Assembly: GCA_965250285.1 (NCBI GenBank) | Contig: OZ252299.1 | Span: 1,024,001 to 1,088,000 of the forward strand | Length of the DNA: 64,000 bases | Origin: Myxococcota bacterium | GTDB taxonomy: Bacteria; Myxococcota_A; UBA9160; UBA4427 | Direction: 5' to 3' | Part shown: in pieces, positions 36,555-48,163 of the stretch | Position numbering within the stretch: the stretch's first letter is position 1 | Layout of the letters: each line of letters begins with the position of its first letter | Position numbers and translations under genes: made by a program | The notes under the pieces: generated by a model | What the model saw: the letters and a program-made list of their open reading frames with translations, nothing else | Told to the model about the DNA's origin: nothing | Database searches by the model: none

Positions 36555-37949
36555 ATGGCTGACAACCTGACGCTGATCCAGACGGGATACCTCGCCGCGG
36601 CCGTCCTCTTCATCTTCGGCCTCCGAGGGCTCTCGTCCCCCAAGACCGCAGTCATGGGCAATGGCCTCGCCGCCATCGGCATGCTGATCGCGATCGTGGC
36701 GACGCTCCTGTACAGCAACGTCATGAGCTACGGGCTCGTGCTCGCGGGCATCGCGGTCGGCGGTGCGCTGGGCGCGGTCGCGGCGCTCAAGGTCGAGATG
36801 ACCGGCATGCCCCAGATGGTGGCGCTGCTGAACGGCCTCGGTGGCGCCGCGTCGGCGCTCGTCGCTGGTGCCGAGGTCTTCGTGGCGGTCGACTCGGGCA
36901 CGACGCTGTCGGGCATCGTGCCGCCGGCCATCGTGGCTTCGGTGCTGATCGGTTCGATCACCCTGACGGGCTCGCTGATCGCGTTCGGCAAGCTGCAGGA
37001 GATCATGAACACGGCTGCGATGGTGTACCCGCTGCAGCAGCCGTCGAACTTCGTGATCGCGCTGGCGACGCTCGGCGTGGCCGTGATGGCGGCCCTCGAT
37101 CCGACCAACGTCACGTACCTGTACGTGCTGGCGGGGCTCGCCCTGCTGATGGGCATCCTGCTGACGATCCCGATCGGCGGCGCCGACATGCCGGTGGTCA
37201 TCGCGCTGTTGAACTCGTACTCGGGTCTCGCTGCGTGTGCCGCCGGCTTCGTGCTCGACAACAGTGCGCTCGTCGTCTCGGGTTCGCTGGTCGGCGCCTC
37301 GGGCTTGATCCTGACGAACATCATGTGTGTTGCCATGAATCGTTCGCTCGGGAACGTGCTCTTCGGCGCGTTCGGGGCGCAGGACGCCGCCGCCGCCGGC
37401 AGCGGCGAAGACCAGGGCACCGCCGTGGCGTACACGCCGATCGACGCGGCCGTGATCTTCTCGAACGCGCGCAGCTGCGTGGTCGTGCCCGGCTACGGCA
37501 TGGCCGTCGCCCAGGCCCAGCACGCCGTGCGCGAGCTGACCGAGGTGCTCGAGGAGAAGGGCGTCCAGTGCAAGTTCGCGATCCACCCGGTCGCGGGCCG
37601 CATGCCCGGTCACATGAACGTGCTGCTCGCCGAGGCAGACGTGCCCTACGACCAGCTGGTCGAGATGGACGACATCAACCCCGAGTTCCCCGAGACCGAC
37701 GTGGCGCTGGTGCTCGGCGCGAACGACGTCGTGAACCCCGCCGCGCGCGAAGACGACACGAGCCCGATCTACGGCATGCCGATCCTCGAGGTCGACAAGT
37801 CGCAGAACGTCTTCGTCATCAAGCGCTCGATGAACCCCGGCTTCGCCGGTATTCAGAACCCGCTCTTCTTCAAGGAAAACACCAAGATGATCTTCGGTGA
37901 CGGGAAGAAGGTGGTGCTGGATCTCGTCGAGGCGGTGAAGAACTACTAG
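36555..37949 (+). CDS. pntB: NAD(P) transhydrogenase beta subunit
   Basis: MTGMPQMVA, PIGGADMPVVIALLNSYSG, VPGYGMAVAQAQH, HPVAGRMPGHMNVLLAEA. Confidence 0.96.
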   Translation: MADNLTLIQTGYLAAAVLFIFGLRGLSSPKTAVMGNGLAAIGMLIAIVATLLYSNVMSYGLVLAGIAVGGALGAVAALKVEMTGMPQMVALLNGLGGAASALVAGAEVFVAVDSGTTLSGIVPPAIVASVLIGSITLTGSLIAFGKLQEIMNTAAMVYPLQQPSNFVIALATLGVAVMAALDPTNVTYLYVLAGLALLMGILLTIPIGGADMPVVIALLNSYSGLAACAAGFVLDNSALVVSGSLVGASGLILTNIMCVAMNRSLGNVLFGAFGAQDAAAAGSGEDQGTAVAYTPIDAAVIFSNARSCVVVPGYGMAVAQAQHAVRELTEVLEEKGVQCKFAIHPVAGRMPGHMNVLLAEADVPYDQLVEMDDINPEFPETDVALVLGANDVVNPAAREDDTSPIYGMPILEVDKSQNVFVIKRSMNPGFAGIQNPLFFKENTKMIFGDGKKVVLDLVEAVKNY

Positions 37950-37957
37950 GCGCGGTC

Positions 37958-38686
37958 TTGGCCGTCGCCGAGTCGACGCCCCTGGGCCGTGTGGCCCGCC
38001 CCGATGCGGGCGGGCCCTGGCCCGGCGTCGTGTTCATTCACGACGTCTGGGGCCCCTCGCCCCACAGCGAACAGTTCAGCGATCGTCTGGCCGACGCCGG
38101 CTACGTCGTGCTCGCCGTCGACTTCTACCGTGCGCTCGACGCGCGCCCCAAAGACGACCCCGGAGCGTTCATCCGTGCGCTCGTCGATCCCGACGTGATC
38201 GCAGACGTGGCCGCCGGCCGCGATGCGCTCGCGGCGCGGCCGGATGTCGCCCCAGGCCGCATCGGCGTGACGGGCGTGTGCATGGGGGGCATGTACGCGC
38301 TGCTCGCGGCCTGCGAGCTCGACGGCCTGAGCGCGGCCGCGCCGTTCTACGGCATGCTCTCGTACGAGCACGGGATGCTCGCCGAGCCGGCCGGGCGCGA
38401 CTTCGAGCGCAAGCCTCGCTCGCCGCTCGAAGCGGCCCCCGCTCTGCGATGCCCGCTGCTCGCGTTCTTCGGCGAGCAGGACACGTTCGTCCCGAGCGAC
38501 GACGTCGACGCGCTCGCCTCGGCCCTGCCATCGGGAGCGTATCCGGTCGAGATCGTGCGCTACGCCGACGCCGGCCATGCGTTCATGAACGAGACCCGGG
38601 CGGAGGCGTTCCGGCCGGAGGCGGCTGCGGAGGCCTGGCGCCGTCTCGAAGCGTTTTTTGCGATCCACCTGAAGGGCGCCGCCTGA
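37958..38686 (+). CDS. Dienelactone hydrolase family protein
   Basis: GVTGVCMGG nucleophile Cys, FGEQD, YADAGHAF. Confidence 0.9.
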   Translation: MAVAESTPLGRVARPDAGGPWPGVVFIHDVWGPSPHSEQFSDRLADAGYVVLAVDFYRALDARPKDDPGAFIRALVDPDVIADVAAGRDALAARPDVAPGRIGVTGVCMGGMYALLAACELDGLSAAAPFYGMLSYEHGMLAEPAGRDFERKPRSPLEAAPALRCPLLAFFGEQDTFVPSDDVDALASALPSGAYPVEIVRYADAGHAFMNETRAEAFRPEAAAEAWRRLEAFFAIHLKGAA

Positions 38687-39581
38687 GCTGACTCGCGCTG
38701 CGCCGCGGGATCGCCTTGCCGTCGGCGAGGCGTGCGAAGCCCCCGCCCGGCTCGGGCTCGTGCGCCGCCGGGGCGCTCGAGGGCTCGGCCGTCGGCATCG
38801 ACGCGGCCGGCGGCGCATCGGATGGGGCCTGCGCACGGCGTCCGACGGCCGCGCCGGGCTGCGTCGACGCGAGGGCGTGGCACAGCACCAGCGCGAGTGT
38901 CCGGCCGCGGCTGGGATAGGCCGTCACGCTGGCCTCGACGCGGAGGGGCGCGCCGCTGACGTCCCGCAGAGGCGCCGAGAAACGATCGTGGTCGCCGCCT
39001 TCCGCCATGGCGTCGAGACGCGCGCGCCAGTCCGAACGGGCGTCCTCCGGCACGAAGGCGTCGAAGTCGACGCCGAGCAGGGTGTCGCGGGCGGTCCCGA
39101 AGAGCGCGCCGGCGGCGGGGTTGGCGTCGGCGATCTCACCGCTCACGGTGTCGATGGCCAGGAACGCGTCGGCGACTCGGTCGATCGCGGCGACGACCGC
39201 CCGCCGTGCCGCACGCGGCTTCCCGCGCGCGCTGCGCCCACCGCTGCTCTGACGCAGCGCCTGCCTGAACTGCTCGACCAGCGGCGCGAGCGCGCGCCGC
39301 ACCTCATCGCCATCCGGCATCGCGAGCACGCAGGCGGCTTCGAGCCAGGCGTCGAGCAGGGCGGCCATGCGTCGTTCGTTGATCTGGAGGCCGTCGAGGG
39401 CCGGGGCCCGGAGCTCGCCGCGGTGCAGGGCGACGCCGGTGAAGCTGCGAAAGCGCCGCAGCGTCTCGGCCTCGCCGCCCGAAGGTCGCGGCGCAGCCGG
39501 GCCCATCGCGTCACGCATCGCCTGCTCGATGGGCTGACGTTGAGCGACGAGCCACGAGGCCAACGTGGGGTTCGCATGCAC
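38583..39581 (-). CDS. PAS-domain protein without recognisable output domain
   Basis: DAFLAIDTVSGEIADANPAAGALFG...LLG PAS signature. Low-complexity tail overlaps the convergent gene. Confidence 0.7.
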   Translation of the reverse strand: MHANPTLASWLVAQRQPIEQAMRDAMGPAAPRPSGGEAETLRRFRSFTGVALHRGELRAPALDGLQINERRMAALLDAWLEAACVLAMPDGDEVRRALAPLVEQFRQALRQSSGGRSARGKPRAARRAVVAAIDRVADAFLAIDTVSGEIADANPAAGALFGTARDTLLGVDFDAFVPEDARSDWRARLDAMAEGGDHDRFSAPLRDVSGAPLRVEASVTAYPSRGRTLALVLCHALASTQPGAAVGRRAQAPSDAPPAASMPTAEPSSAPAAHEPEPGGGFARLADGKAIPRRSASQLRRRPSGGSQKTLRDGARPPQPPPAGTPPPGSRS

Positions 39582-39704
39582 ATCGACGAGTCTAGCGGCA
39601 GTGGACGCTTCTGCCGGCGGATTGCGTGCGTGTCGCGCGAGGTGACACACAGGAAGGTCAATCGCGTCTCAATCGGGCCGACGGGCGAGCCGATCATTGG
39701 GGGC

Positions 39705-40358
39705 ATGAGCCTACGAACCGGACCCGTTCGTGTGCTGGTCGCCTATGCCCGGCCCGAGTGCTTCATCGACAAGACCGAGTCGATCCTGGCCCGGCTCGGC
39801 TACCTGATCCTGCGGCCAGACGAGCTCGAGGATCGCAGGGGCGAGCTGCCCCCGGGCGCACCGCATCTCTACGTCGCCGACGAACGGCAGCTCGACGAGG
39901 TGCCGAACCCCGAAGGCGAAGCCGAGCGCCCGGTGATCGTGCTGAGCGGTCGCCAGGGCATCGACTCGGACGATCCTCGCGTGGTGGCGGCGGTGCGCCG
40001 GCCGGCGGGTCTCCACGATCTGTACTGCATTCTCCAACGTGTATTCGAGCTGACGCCGCGCTCGACCCCGCGCATTCCGGTGCGGATCGAGGTCGACTGT
40101 CGTCGTGGGGACCGACACTTCGAGGCCGAGATGCGCTCGATCTCCGAGAACGGCGCGTTGCTTCGATGCGAGGATCGGTTGCCGCTCGGGTCGACGTTCG
40201 AGATGGACTTCGCGCTCCCCGGCGTCGGCTCTGTCCAGATGCGCGCCGAGGCCGCCTACCAGCTGATGCCCGATCTGGGCGTCGTCTTCAGCGGCGTCGA
40301 CGCGTCGCTGCGCGAGACGATCAACGGCTTCATCGCCGAGTCGATCCTCGCCGCCTGA
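39705..40358 (+). CDS. PilZ-domain protein with degenerate receiver-like N-terminus
   Basis: RSTPRIPVRI (RxxxR) and SISENGALL (D/SxSxxG). Confidence 0.8.
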   Translation: MSLRTGPVRVLVAYARPECFIDKTESILARLGYLILRPDELEDRRGELPPGAPHLYVADERQLDEVPNPEGEAERPVIVLSGRQGIDSDDPRVVAAVRRPAGLHDLYCILQRVFELTPRSTPRIPVRIEVDCRRGDRHFEAEMRSISENGALLRCEDRLPLGSTFEMDFALPGVGSVQMRAEAAYQLMPDLGVVFSGVDASLRETINGFIAESILAA

Positions 40359-40399
40359 TCCGAGCTAGCTTCTGCGTTCGACTCGAGCGGAGAAGAGCA

Positions 40400-41590
40400 A
40401 TGTCCGAGATCTGGCGATCCTTCGACCTGTATGCGCCGACCCCTGAGCACGAGCTGCTCGCGCAGACGCTCACCGAGTTCGTCGAGCGTGAGGTCGAGCC
40501 CCAGGCGATCCAGTTCAACCGCGAAGAGCGCTTCAACGTCGACCTCTTTCGCAAAGCAGGGGAGCTGGGGCTGCTCGGCATCACGATTCCGGAGAAGTAC
40601 GACGGCGCGGGCATGGACGCGGTCGCCGTCGTGCAGCTGATGGAGTCGCTCTCGACGAGCGATCCCGGCTTCGCGCTCGCCGTGCTCGCCCACTCGATCC
40701 TCTTCGCCCACAACCTCTCGGTCAACGCGAGTGAGGAGCAGTGCCAGCGGTACTTGCCGAAGATGGTCAGCGGCGAGCACATCGGCGGCATGTGCATGAC
40801 GGAGCCGGGGGCCGGCACCGACGTACTCGGCATGTCGACGAAGGCCGTGCCCGACGGCAAGGATTTCGTCGTCACTGGTACGAAGACGTACATCACGAAC
40901 GGCGCGATCGACGAACAGACGCTCGGCAATGCATTCATCGTCTATGCCACGACCGGGGAGCGCGAGATCACGTCGTTCCTCGTCGAGGACGACTTCGAGG
41001 GGTTTCGTCTCGGGCAGAAGTGGACCGACAAGCTCGGCATGCGGTCGTCGTTCACCGCCGAGCTCGTCTTCGATGATGTGAAGGTGCCGGCCGCGAACGT
41101 CATGGGGGAAGTGGGGCAGGGCGTCCATCACATGATGCGCAACCTCGAGATCGAACGATTGACGCTCGCCGCCCAGGCGACCGGGATCGCCCTGCGGTGC
41201 CTTCGCGTGATGGTCGAGTACGCGACGGAGCGAAAGTCGTTCGGGCGCCCGATCGCCGATTTCGGTCAGATTCAGCGGCACATTGCCGAGAGCTACGCGG
41301 CGACGGCGGCAGCGCGCGCGCTCGTCTACGACGTGGCGCGGCGTCACTCGTTCACGGCAGCCGGGCAGCGCGTCGAAGCCGATGCGACCAAGCTCTTCGC
41401 GAGTCAGGTGGCCAAACAGGTGGCCGACTCGGCGATCCAGGTGCTCGGAGGCAACGGCTACATGGGCGAGTACGTCGTCGAGCGACTGTGGCGCGACGCC
41501 AAGCTGCTCGAAATCGGGGGCGGAACGCTCGAAGCCCACCAGAAGAACATGACGAAGGATCTGTCGCGGGATCCGACGCTGCTCGGCTGA
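40400..41590 (+). CDS. Acyl-CoA dehydrogenase (isovaleryl-CoA dehydrogenase-like)
   Basis: MCMTEPGAGTD, GTKTYITNG, KLGMRSS, QVLGGNGY, RDAKLLEIGGGT. Confidence 0.92.
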   Translation: MSEIWRSFDLYAPTPEHELLAQTLTEFVEREVEPQAIQFNREERFNVDLFRKAGELGLLGITIPEKYDGAGMDAVAVVQLMESLSTSDPGFALAVLAHSILFAHNLSVNASEEQCQRYLPKMVSGEHIGGMCMTEPGAGTDVLGMSTKAVPDGKDFVVTGTKTYITNGAIDEQTLGNAFIVYATTGEREITSFLVEDDFEGFRLGQKWTDKLGMRSSFTAELVFDDVKVPAANVMGEVGQGVHHMMRNLEIERLTLAAQATGIALRCLRVMVEYATERKSFGRPIADFGQIQRHIAESYAATAAARALVYDVARRHSFTAAGQRVEADATKLFASQVAKQVADSAIQVLGGNGYMGEYVVERLWRDAKLLEIGGGTLEAHQKNMTKDLSRDPTLLG

Positions 41591-41669
41591 CCGAGGCCCG
41601 AACGCGAAGCGCGCCGATGGCCGTGGCCTTCGACGCGCTTCGTGACGCTGCCCGACCGATGCGTTGCGC

Positions 41670-42587
41670 TCAGGCGTCCTTGTAGATCTCCATCACGCTC
41701 TGCAGCAGCTTGATGCCGTCGCTCTTCGAGCGCTGGAACGAGTTGCGGCCCATGATGCTGCCGAACCCGCCCCCCGACGCGATGCCCTTGATCTCGTCGA
41801 GCACGTCGTCGTCACCCTTCGCGGCGCCGCCCGAGAAGATGACGATGCGGCGACCATCGAAGGCCGACTGGATCACGTGCGACACGCGATCGGCCAGAGT
41901 GTCGATCTTGATGCCTTCGCTCTCGTAGACCTTGCGCGCTGCGTCCTGCTCGATGAACTCGGTCGGCGGCTTCACCTTGATGATGTGCGCGCCGAGCTGG
42001 GCCGCGATCTGGGCGGCGTAGGCGGCCACGTCGATGCCGGTCTCGCCGTCCTTGCTGAGGCCCGAGCCACGCGGGTACGACCAGACGACGACAACGAGGC
42101 CGGCCGCCTTGGCTTCTTCGGTGATCGCGCGCAGCTCGCCGTACATCTCGTTGCGATGGGACGAGCCCGGATAGATCGTGTAGCCGATCGCTGCGCAGCC
42201 GAGGCGCAGCGCTTCGTCGACCGAGCCCGTAATGGCCGGGCAGGGGTCGCTGCTCGAGTAGAGCGAGTCGCTGTTGTTCAGCTTGAGGATCGTCGGGATG
42301 CGGCCCGCGAACTGTCGCGCGCCGGCCTCGATGAAGCCGAGGGGCGCGGCGTAGGCGTTGCAGCCGGCGTCGATGGCGAGCTGATAGTGGTAGAGCGGGT
42401 CGTAGCCGGGGGCGTTTTTTGCGAAGGTGCGCGCCGGCCCGTGCTCGAAGCCCTGATCGACGGGCAGGATCACCATCTTGCCGGTGCCGGCGAGGGTGCC
42501 GGTCTCCATCATCCAGCGCAGGTTCTTCAGTACGCCGGGGTTGTCCGATCCGTACCAGCTCAAGATCTCGTCGACGCGATTCGCCAT
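41670..42587 (-). CDS. fbaB: Class I fructose-bisphosphate aldolase (DhnA/FbaB type)
   Basis: ILPVDQGFEHGP, WSYPRG, GAHIIKVKPP (Schiff-base Lys), SIMGRNSFQR. Confidence 0.9.
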   Translation of the reverse strand: MANRVDEILSWYGSDNPGVLKNLRWMMETGTLAGTGKMVILPVDQGFEHGPARTFAKNAPGYDPLYHYQLAIDAGCNAYAAPLGFIEAGARQFAGRIPTILKLNNSDSLYSSSDPCPAITGSVDEALRLGCAAIGYTIYPGSSHRNEMYGELRAITEEAKAAGLVVVVWSYPRGSGLSKDGETGIDVAAYAAQIAAQLGAHIIKVKPPTEFIEQDAARKVYESEGIKIDTLADRVSHVIQSAFDGRRIVIFSGGAAKGDDDVLDEIKGIASGGGFGSIMGRNSFQRSKSDGIKLLQSVMEIYKDA

Positions 42588-42880
42588 CCCGGGGACTCCT
42601 TGCGATCGGCGGAGCAATGGGCCGATCGCGGTGCATATGGGCTCGGGGGCCGCCCGCTCGGCGGTCCCGGCGGCGGCGGAGCATATCAGACTCGGGCCCG
42701 AAGAGGCCCCGAGGTGGGTGCCCGGGAGCCGACCCGGGGTGATGCCCGCGCGCGGGGCGTGCCTCGAACTGCACCCGAGCTGCCGCTCCGGCGCGTTCGC
42801 GTCATCGAATCGCCGCGGGAGTGGACCGCCCCGCATGCGCTGCGGTACACCCCCGGCACCCCGCACCCAGGAGAGGCCCG

Positions 42881-44533
<1,653 letters not shown>

Positions 44534-44536
44534 GCG

Positions 44537-44556
44537 AACGGGTCGCGCGACCCGTT
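44537..44556. other. Perfect 20-bp palindrome/hairpin right after prfC stop
   Basis: aacgggtcgcgcgacccgtt is its own reverse complement. No U-tract follows. Confidence 0.55.
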
Positions 44557-44631
44557 GCGCGATAGACTCGATCCCAGGCCGACGCGCCCTGCGCCGAACT
44601 TCGGCCGCGCCACCGATGGGAGCAAACCGTG

Positions 44632-44856
44632 ATGAACGTCTCGATCACCTACTGCGTCCGTTGAAACTACCTGCCCCGGGCCTCCAGTCTGGAGGCCGCA
44701 CTCGTCCGTGAGCTCGAGGCCGACGTGATGCTCGTCGAAGGGGGCGGCGGCGTGTTCGACGTCTTCGTCGACGACGAGCTCGTGTTCTCGAAGCACGCCG
44801 AGGGACGCTATCCCGAGAACGACGAGATCGTCGAGGCGCTGCGTCGGCGCGGCTGA
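44632..44856 (+). CDS. SelT/SelW/SelH (Rdx family) selenoprotein, UGA = selenocysteine
   Basis: MNVSITYCVR-U(TGA 44662-44664)-NYLPRASSLEAALVRELEADVMLVEGGGGVFDVFVDDELVFSKHAEGRYPENDEIVEALRRRG. CxxU plus GxFEV-like and FSK..GRYP Rdx motifs. gggag RBS upstream. Absent from ORF track. Confidence 0.9.
44665..44700 (+). promoter_or_regulatory. Candidate bacterial SECIS element
   Basis: Stem ggcctcca/tggaggcc (44679-44697) with a small G-containing loop about 23 nt downstream of the in-frame UGA. Confidence 0.7.
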
Positions 44857-44871
44857 CGCGGGCCGCCGATC

Positions 44872-45633
44872 TCAGTCGCGATAGCTCGGATCGACGCGGT
44901 CGAGTCGCCGCAGCAGCGCCGGCCAGGCCAGCCCGCGACCCACGATCGGCAAACCGACCTTCACGATCGCCGCCGTCTTCTCGGCGGCCTCGGGTGCGGC
45001 TTCGATCAGGGCACCGCCCGCCTGGGCCGCGACCTGCGCCTCGCAGGCGCGTTCGAGCATGTACATCCGCAGCCAGGCATCGCAGACCGTTTCGCCGACG
45101 GTGAGCGTGCCGTGGTTGCGCAGGATCAGTGCGCTCTTGTCGCCGAGGTCGCGCACGATGCGCTCGCGCTCGTCGAGGTCTTCGGCGATGCCCTCGAAGT
45201 CGTGATACGCGACGTCATGGTGAATCTGCAGGGCGGTCTGAGTGATCGGCAGCAGGCCGTCGCGCTGGGCCGAGACCGCCTGCCCCTGCACCGTGTGCAG
45301 ATGCACCACGCAGTGCGCATCAGCGCGACTCATGTGCACCGCGCTGTGGATCGTGAAGCCGGCGGGGTTCACGGGATGCGGCGACTCCTCGACCTTGTTC
45401 CCTTCGACATCGACTTTCACGAGGCTCGACGCCGTGATCTCCTCGAAGAGCAGGCCGTAGGGATTGATGAGGAAGTGGTCGCTGCCGGGCACGCGCACCG
45501 ACAGGTGGGTGAAGATCAGGTCGTCCCAGCCATGCAGCGCGACCAGCCGGTACGCAGCGGCGAGGTCGACGCGGGCGGCCCACTCTTCGGGGCTGCAGTC
45601 GAGGTGGGGCGAGAGTTCGGTGGCGGCGGTCAT
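44872..45633 (-). CDS. Class II aldolase/adducin family protein
   Basis: DLAAAYRL, FTHLS, NPYGLLFEEITASSL, GFTIHSAVH, HLHT, LRNHG. Confidence 0.92.
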   Translation of the reverse strand: MTAATELSPHLDCSPEEWAARVDLAAAYRLVALHGWDDLIFTHLSVRVPGSDHFLINPYGLLFEEITASSLVKVDVEGNKVEESPHPVNPAGFTIHSAVHMSRADAHCVVHLHTVQGQAVSAQRDGLLPITQTALQIHHDVAYHDFEGIAEDLDERERIVRDLGDKSALILRNHGTLTVGETVCDAWLRMYMLERACEAQVAAQAGGALIEAAPEAAEKTAAIVKVGLPIVGRGLAWPALLRRLDRVDPSYRD

Positions 45634-45756
45634 GGCGGTCTCCTCGGCGGGGCGGGTGCAGAACGGCGCCCGCGACCAGGGGCAGACTAGGGGGCGACGA
45701 TCGGGCACACTGCGATCGCGATCGCAGTCGAGCGATTTCTCGACGAAGGTCTTGAG

Positions 45757-46434
45757 ATGTCCGGGAACCTGCTGATTCACAAGGATTTTCTGCGCACGCT
45801 GCCGCCCGAGCTGACGGCCGAGCTCGAGGCCCGTGCCCAGACGCGCCGCTTCGAGGACGGCGCCGTGATCTTCCGGCGCGGCGACGAGGCCCACGGCCTG
45901 TACGGCGTGCGCAGTGGGCGGGTGCAGGTGCTCGGGATGGGCGCCGACGGCCGCGACTTCGTGCTGACGGTCCTCGCCCCCGGCGAGTGGTTCGGCGAGC
46001 TCTCGCTCTTCGACGGCCTACCGCGCACCCACGACAACGTCGCGATCGGCGAGACCGAGCTGTGGCTCTTGCCGACGAACGAGTTCCACCAGCTGCTGCG
46101 CGAGCGCCCCGAGTTCTGGGCGCCCTTCGCCGAGCTGACCAGCCACCGGGTCAGGATGCTGTTCACCGTGCTCGAAGACGCGGTGTTGCTCGACCTCCCG
46201 ACACGCCTGGCGAAGCGACTCCTCGAGCTCGCCGGGGATCACGGCGAGGCGGAGGCCGAAGGGGGCGTCGCGATCGATCTGCACCTGCCGCAAGAGGGGC
46301 TGGCCTCCATGGTGGGGGCGACGCGTGAGGCCGTCGGCCGACACCTGAAGCGCTTCGAGCGCGAGGGCTGGATCGAGATCGCCTACGGGCGCATCGTCGT
46401 GCGCTCGCCGGACGGATTGGCCTCGTTGCTCTGA
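45757..46434 (+). CDS. Crp/Fnr family transcriptional regulator
   Basis: IFRRGD, FGELSLFDGLPRT cNMP-binding motif, HTH QEGLASMVGATREAV. Confidence 0.92.
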   Translation: MSGNLLIHKDFLRTLPPELTAELEARAQTRRFEDGAVIFRRGDEAHGLYGVRSGRVQVLGMGADGRDFVLTVLAPGEWFGELSLFDGLPRTHDNVAIGETELWLLPTNEFHQLLRERPEFWAPFAELTSHRVRMLFTVLEDAVLLDLPTRLAKRLLELAGDHGEAEAEGGVAIDLHLPQEGLASMVGATREAVGRHLKRFEREGWIEIAYGRIVVRSPDGLASLL

Positions 46435-46458
46435 GGTCGACCTGCCAGGAACGCTCGG

Positions 46459-47724
46459 CTAGATCGCGCCGCTCTCGCGCAGACCGTCGATCTTGCCCTG
46501 CTCGTAACCGAGGAGCTCGCCGTACACGACGTCGTTGGCCGAGCCCTGCGGCAGTCCGGGGAATCGGAACTTCGTCGGCTGGGCGCCGAGGCGGAAGGGC
46601 AGGTTCGGCATCGTCAGCTCGATGCCGGTGGCCGGATCTTCCATCACGATGAACGAGCCGCGCTCGTGGTAGTGCGCGTCCTGGTCGATGTCCTCCATCG
46701 TCAGGATGGGGCCAGCGGTAATGCCTTCCTTTCGACAGACCTTGAGCACCTCTTCTTCGGTGCGAGTCGAGTGCCACTCCTGGATGATCTCGTTCAGCAT
46801 CTGTCGATGCTCGGGGATGATCCGCTCGACGTTGGTGATGAAGCGAGGATCCTGGATCAGCTCTTCGCGCCCCATCACCTTGGCGAGGTTCTCCCAGGGC
46901 TTCTGGGCCGAGCACGACAGTGCGATCCACTTGCCGTCCTTCGTGCGGTACACGCTGCGCGGGGCGGCCGAGCGCAGTTCGTTGCCGATCGGCTCGGGGT
47001 TGATGCCGGTCAGCTTGTACCCGACGAACTCACCGCCGAAGTAGCCGAAGAGCGGCTCGTAGAGCGAGATGTCGATCACCTGGCCGCCCTTCACCCCGCG
47101 CTCCTGCCCCATCATGGCGAGGCTGACGGCGTAGGCGAGGTGGATGCCGGCGGTCAGATCGGCCAGGGCATGGGGCGGGCTGAGCGGGCCGCGGTCGGCG
47201 CTGCCGTTCAGGTAGGAGAAGCCGCTGTAGGCCTCGGCCAGGGTGCCGAAGCCCGGCTGGTCGGCCTTCGGGCCCGTCATGCCGTAGCCCGACACCTTGC
47301 CGATGATGAGTCCGGGGTTCAACTCGATCAGCGATTCGTGCGAGAAGCCGAGTCGATCCATCGCGCCGAGGCGCATGTTCTCGATCAGCACGTCCGACTG
47401 CTTGATCAGCTCGCGGAAGATCGTCTTGCCTTCTTCTTCCTTGAGGTTGAGCGTGACCGGGAACTTGTTACGGCCGATGACCGCGTGGTACGGCTCGATC
47501 CCGAGGTCGGTCAGGGTGCTCCAGCCGCGCAGCGCATCGGGCAGCTTCGGGTTTTCGATCTTGATCACGTCGGCGCCGGCGTCGCCGAGCATCGCGGCCG
47601 TGTACGGCGCCGCCACCACCGTGGACATGTCGAGCACACGCTTGCCGGCGAGCGGCAGACCGTCGGTGTCGCCGCTCCTTCGCTGGGCGGCAATGAAATC
47701 GTTGAGCTCTTCGCGGGTGCGCAT
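46459..47724 (-). CDS. Class III CoA-transferase (CaiB/BaiF)
   Basis: PLAGKRVLD, GADVIKIE, RNK..LNLK, DVLIEN.R.G, SGYGMTGP, ALADL. Confidence 0.92.
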   Translation of the reverse strand: MRTREELNDFIAAQRRSGDTDGLPLAGKRVLDMSTVVAAPYTAAMLGDAGADVIKIENPKLPDALRGWSTLTDLGIEPYHAVIGRNKFPVTLNLKEEEGKTIFRELIKQSDVLIENMRLGAMDRLGFSHESLIELNPGLIIGKVSGYGMTGPKADQPGFGTLAEAYSGFSYLNGSADRGPLSPPHALADLTAGIHLAYAVSLAMMGQERGVKGGQVIDISLYEPLFGYFGGEFVGYKLTGINPEPIGNELRSAAPRSVYRTKDGKWIALSCSAQKPWENLAKVMGREELIQDPRFITNVERIIPEHRQMLNEIIQEWHSTRTEEEVLKVCRKEGITAGPILTMEDIDQDAHYHERGSFIVMEDPATGIELTMPNLPFRLGAQPTKFRFPGLPQGSANDVVYGELLGYEQGKIDGLRESGAI

Positions 47725-47884
47725 GTGGGGGCCTCGGTGTGGGGTGGGGCTCGAGTGGGCGGGGAAGATACAGCCTCTGCCTGAGACCGGACACCGCCGG
47801 CGGGGCCACCATCGGTGGCAGGCAACCGCAGCGCAACGTCTGGAGATCGGCGTGAGGGGCGGCCCGCGCACGCGAACCGCGCCT

Positions 47885-48163
47885 TCAGTCGGACGGGTCG
47901 GAGGGGCCATGCGCCCCGCGTGTCTGCGTGAAGAACCAGTGTCCACCGACGGCGACCAGAACGACGAAGCCCGCCGCATAGAGCGGCCAGTGGCTCGGCT
48001 GCGCACCTTCGAGCAGCACATGCGCCTGAAAGACGAGGGCGCTCGCGATGGCGAGCAGCACGCGCGTCATCCTCAGTGGATCGCCGGGCAACACCAACGC
48101 AGCCACCCCGCTCAGCACGGTGAGGCCGAGCAGGAACGCCATCGCGATCTCGAGCGGACTCAT
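47885..48163 (-). CDS. Small hypothetical membrane protein (3 TM)
   Basis: MSPLEIAMAFLLGLTVLSGVAALVL... with three hydrophobic segments. gggag RBS upstream. Confidence 0.55.
   Translation of the reverse strand: MSPLEIAMAFLLGLTVLSGVAALVLPGDPLRMTRVLLAIASALVFQAHVLLEGAQPSHWPLYAAGFVVLVAVGGHWFFTQTRGAHGPSDPSD

Noticed and set aside
38583..38686. 104-nt antisense overlap of the PAS gene with the dienelactone hydrolase gene
   Set aside because: The overlapping tail is low-complexity and most likely reflects stop-codon drift in a GC-rich genome.
41605..41642. Hairpin cgaagcgcg...cgcgcttcg between convergent acyl-CoA dehydrogenase and aldolase genes
   Set aside because: Plausible terminator-like stem, but it has a long interrupted loop and no U-tract, so it is not supportable as a feature.
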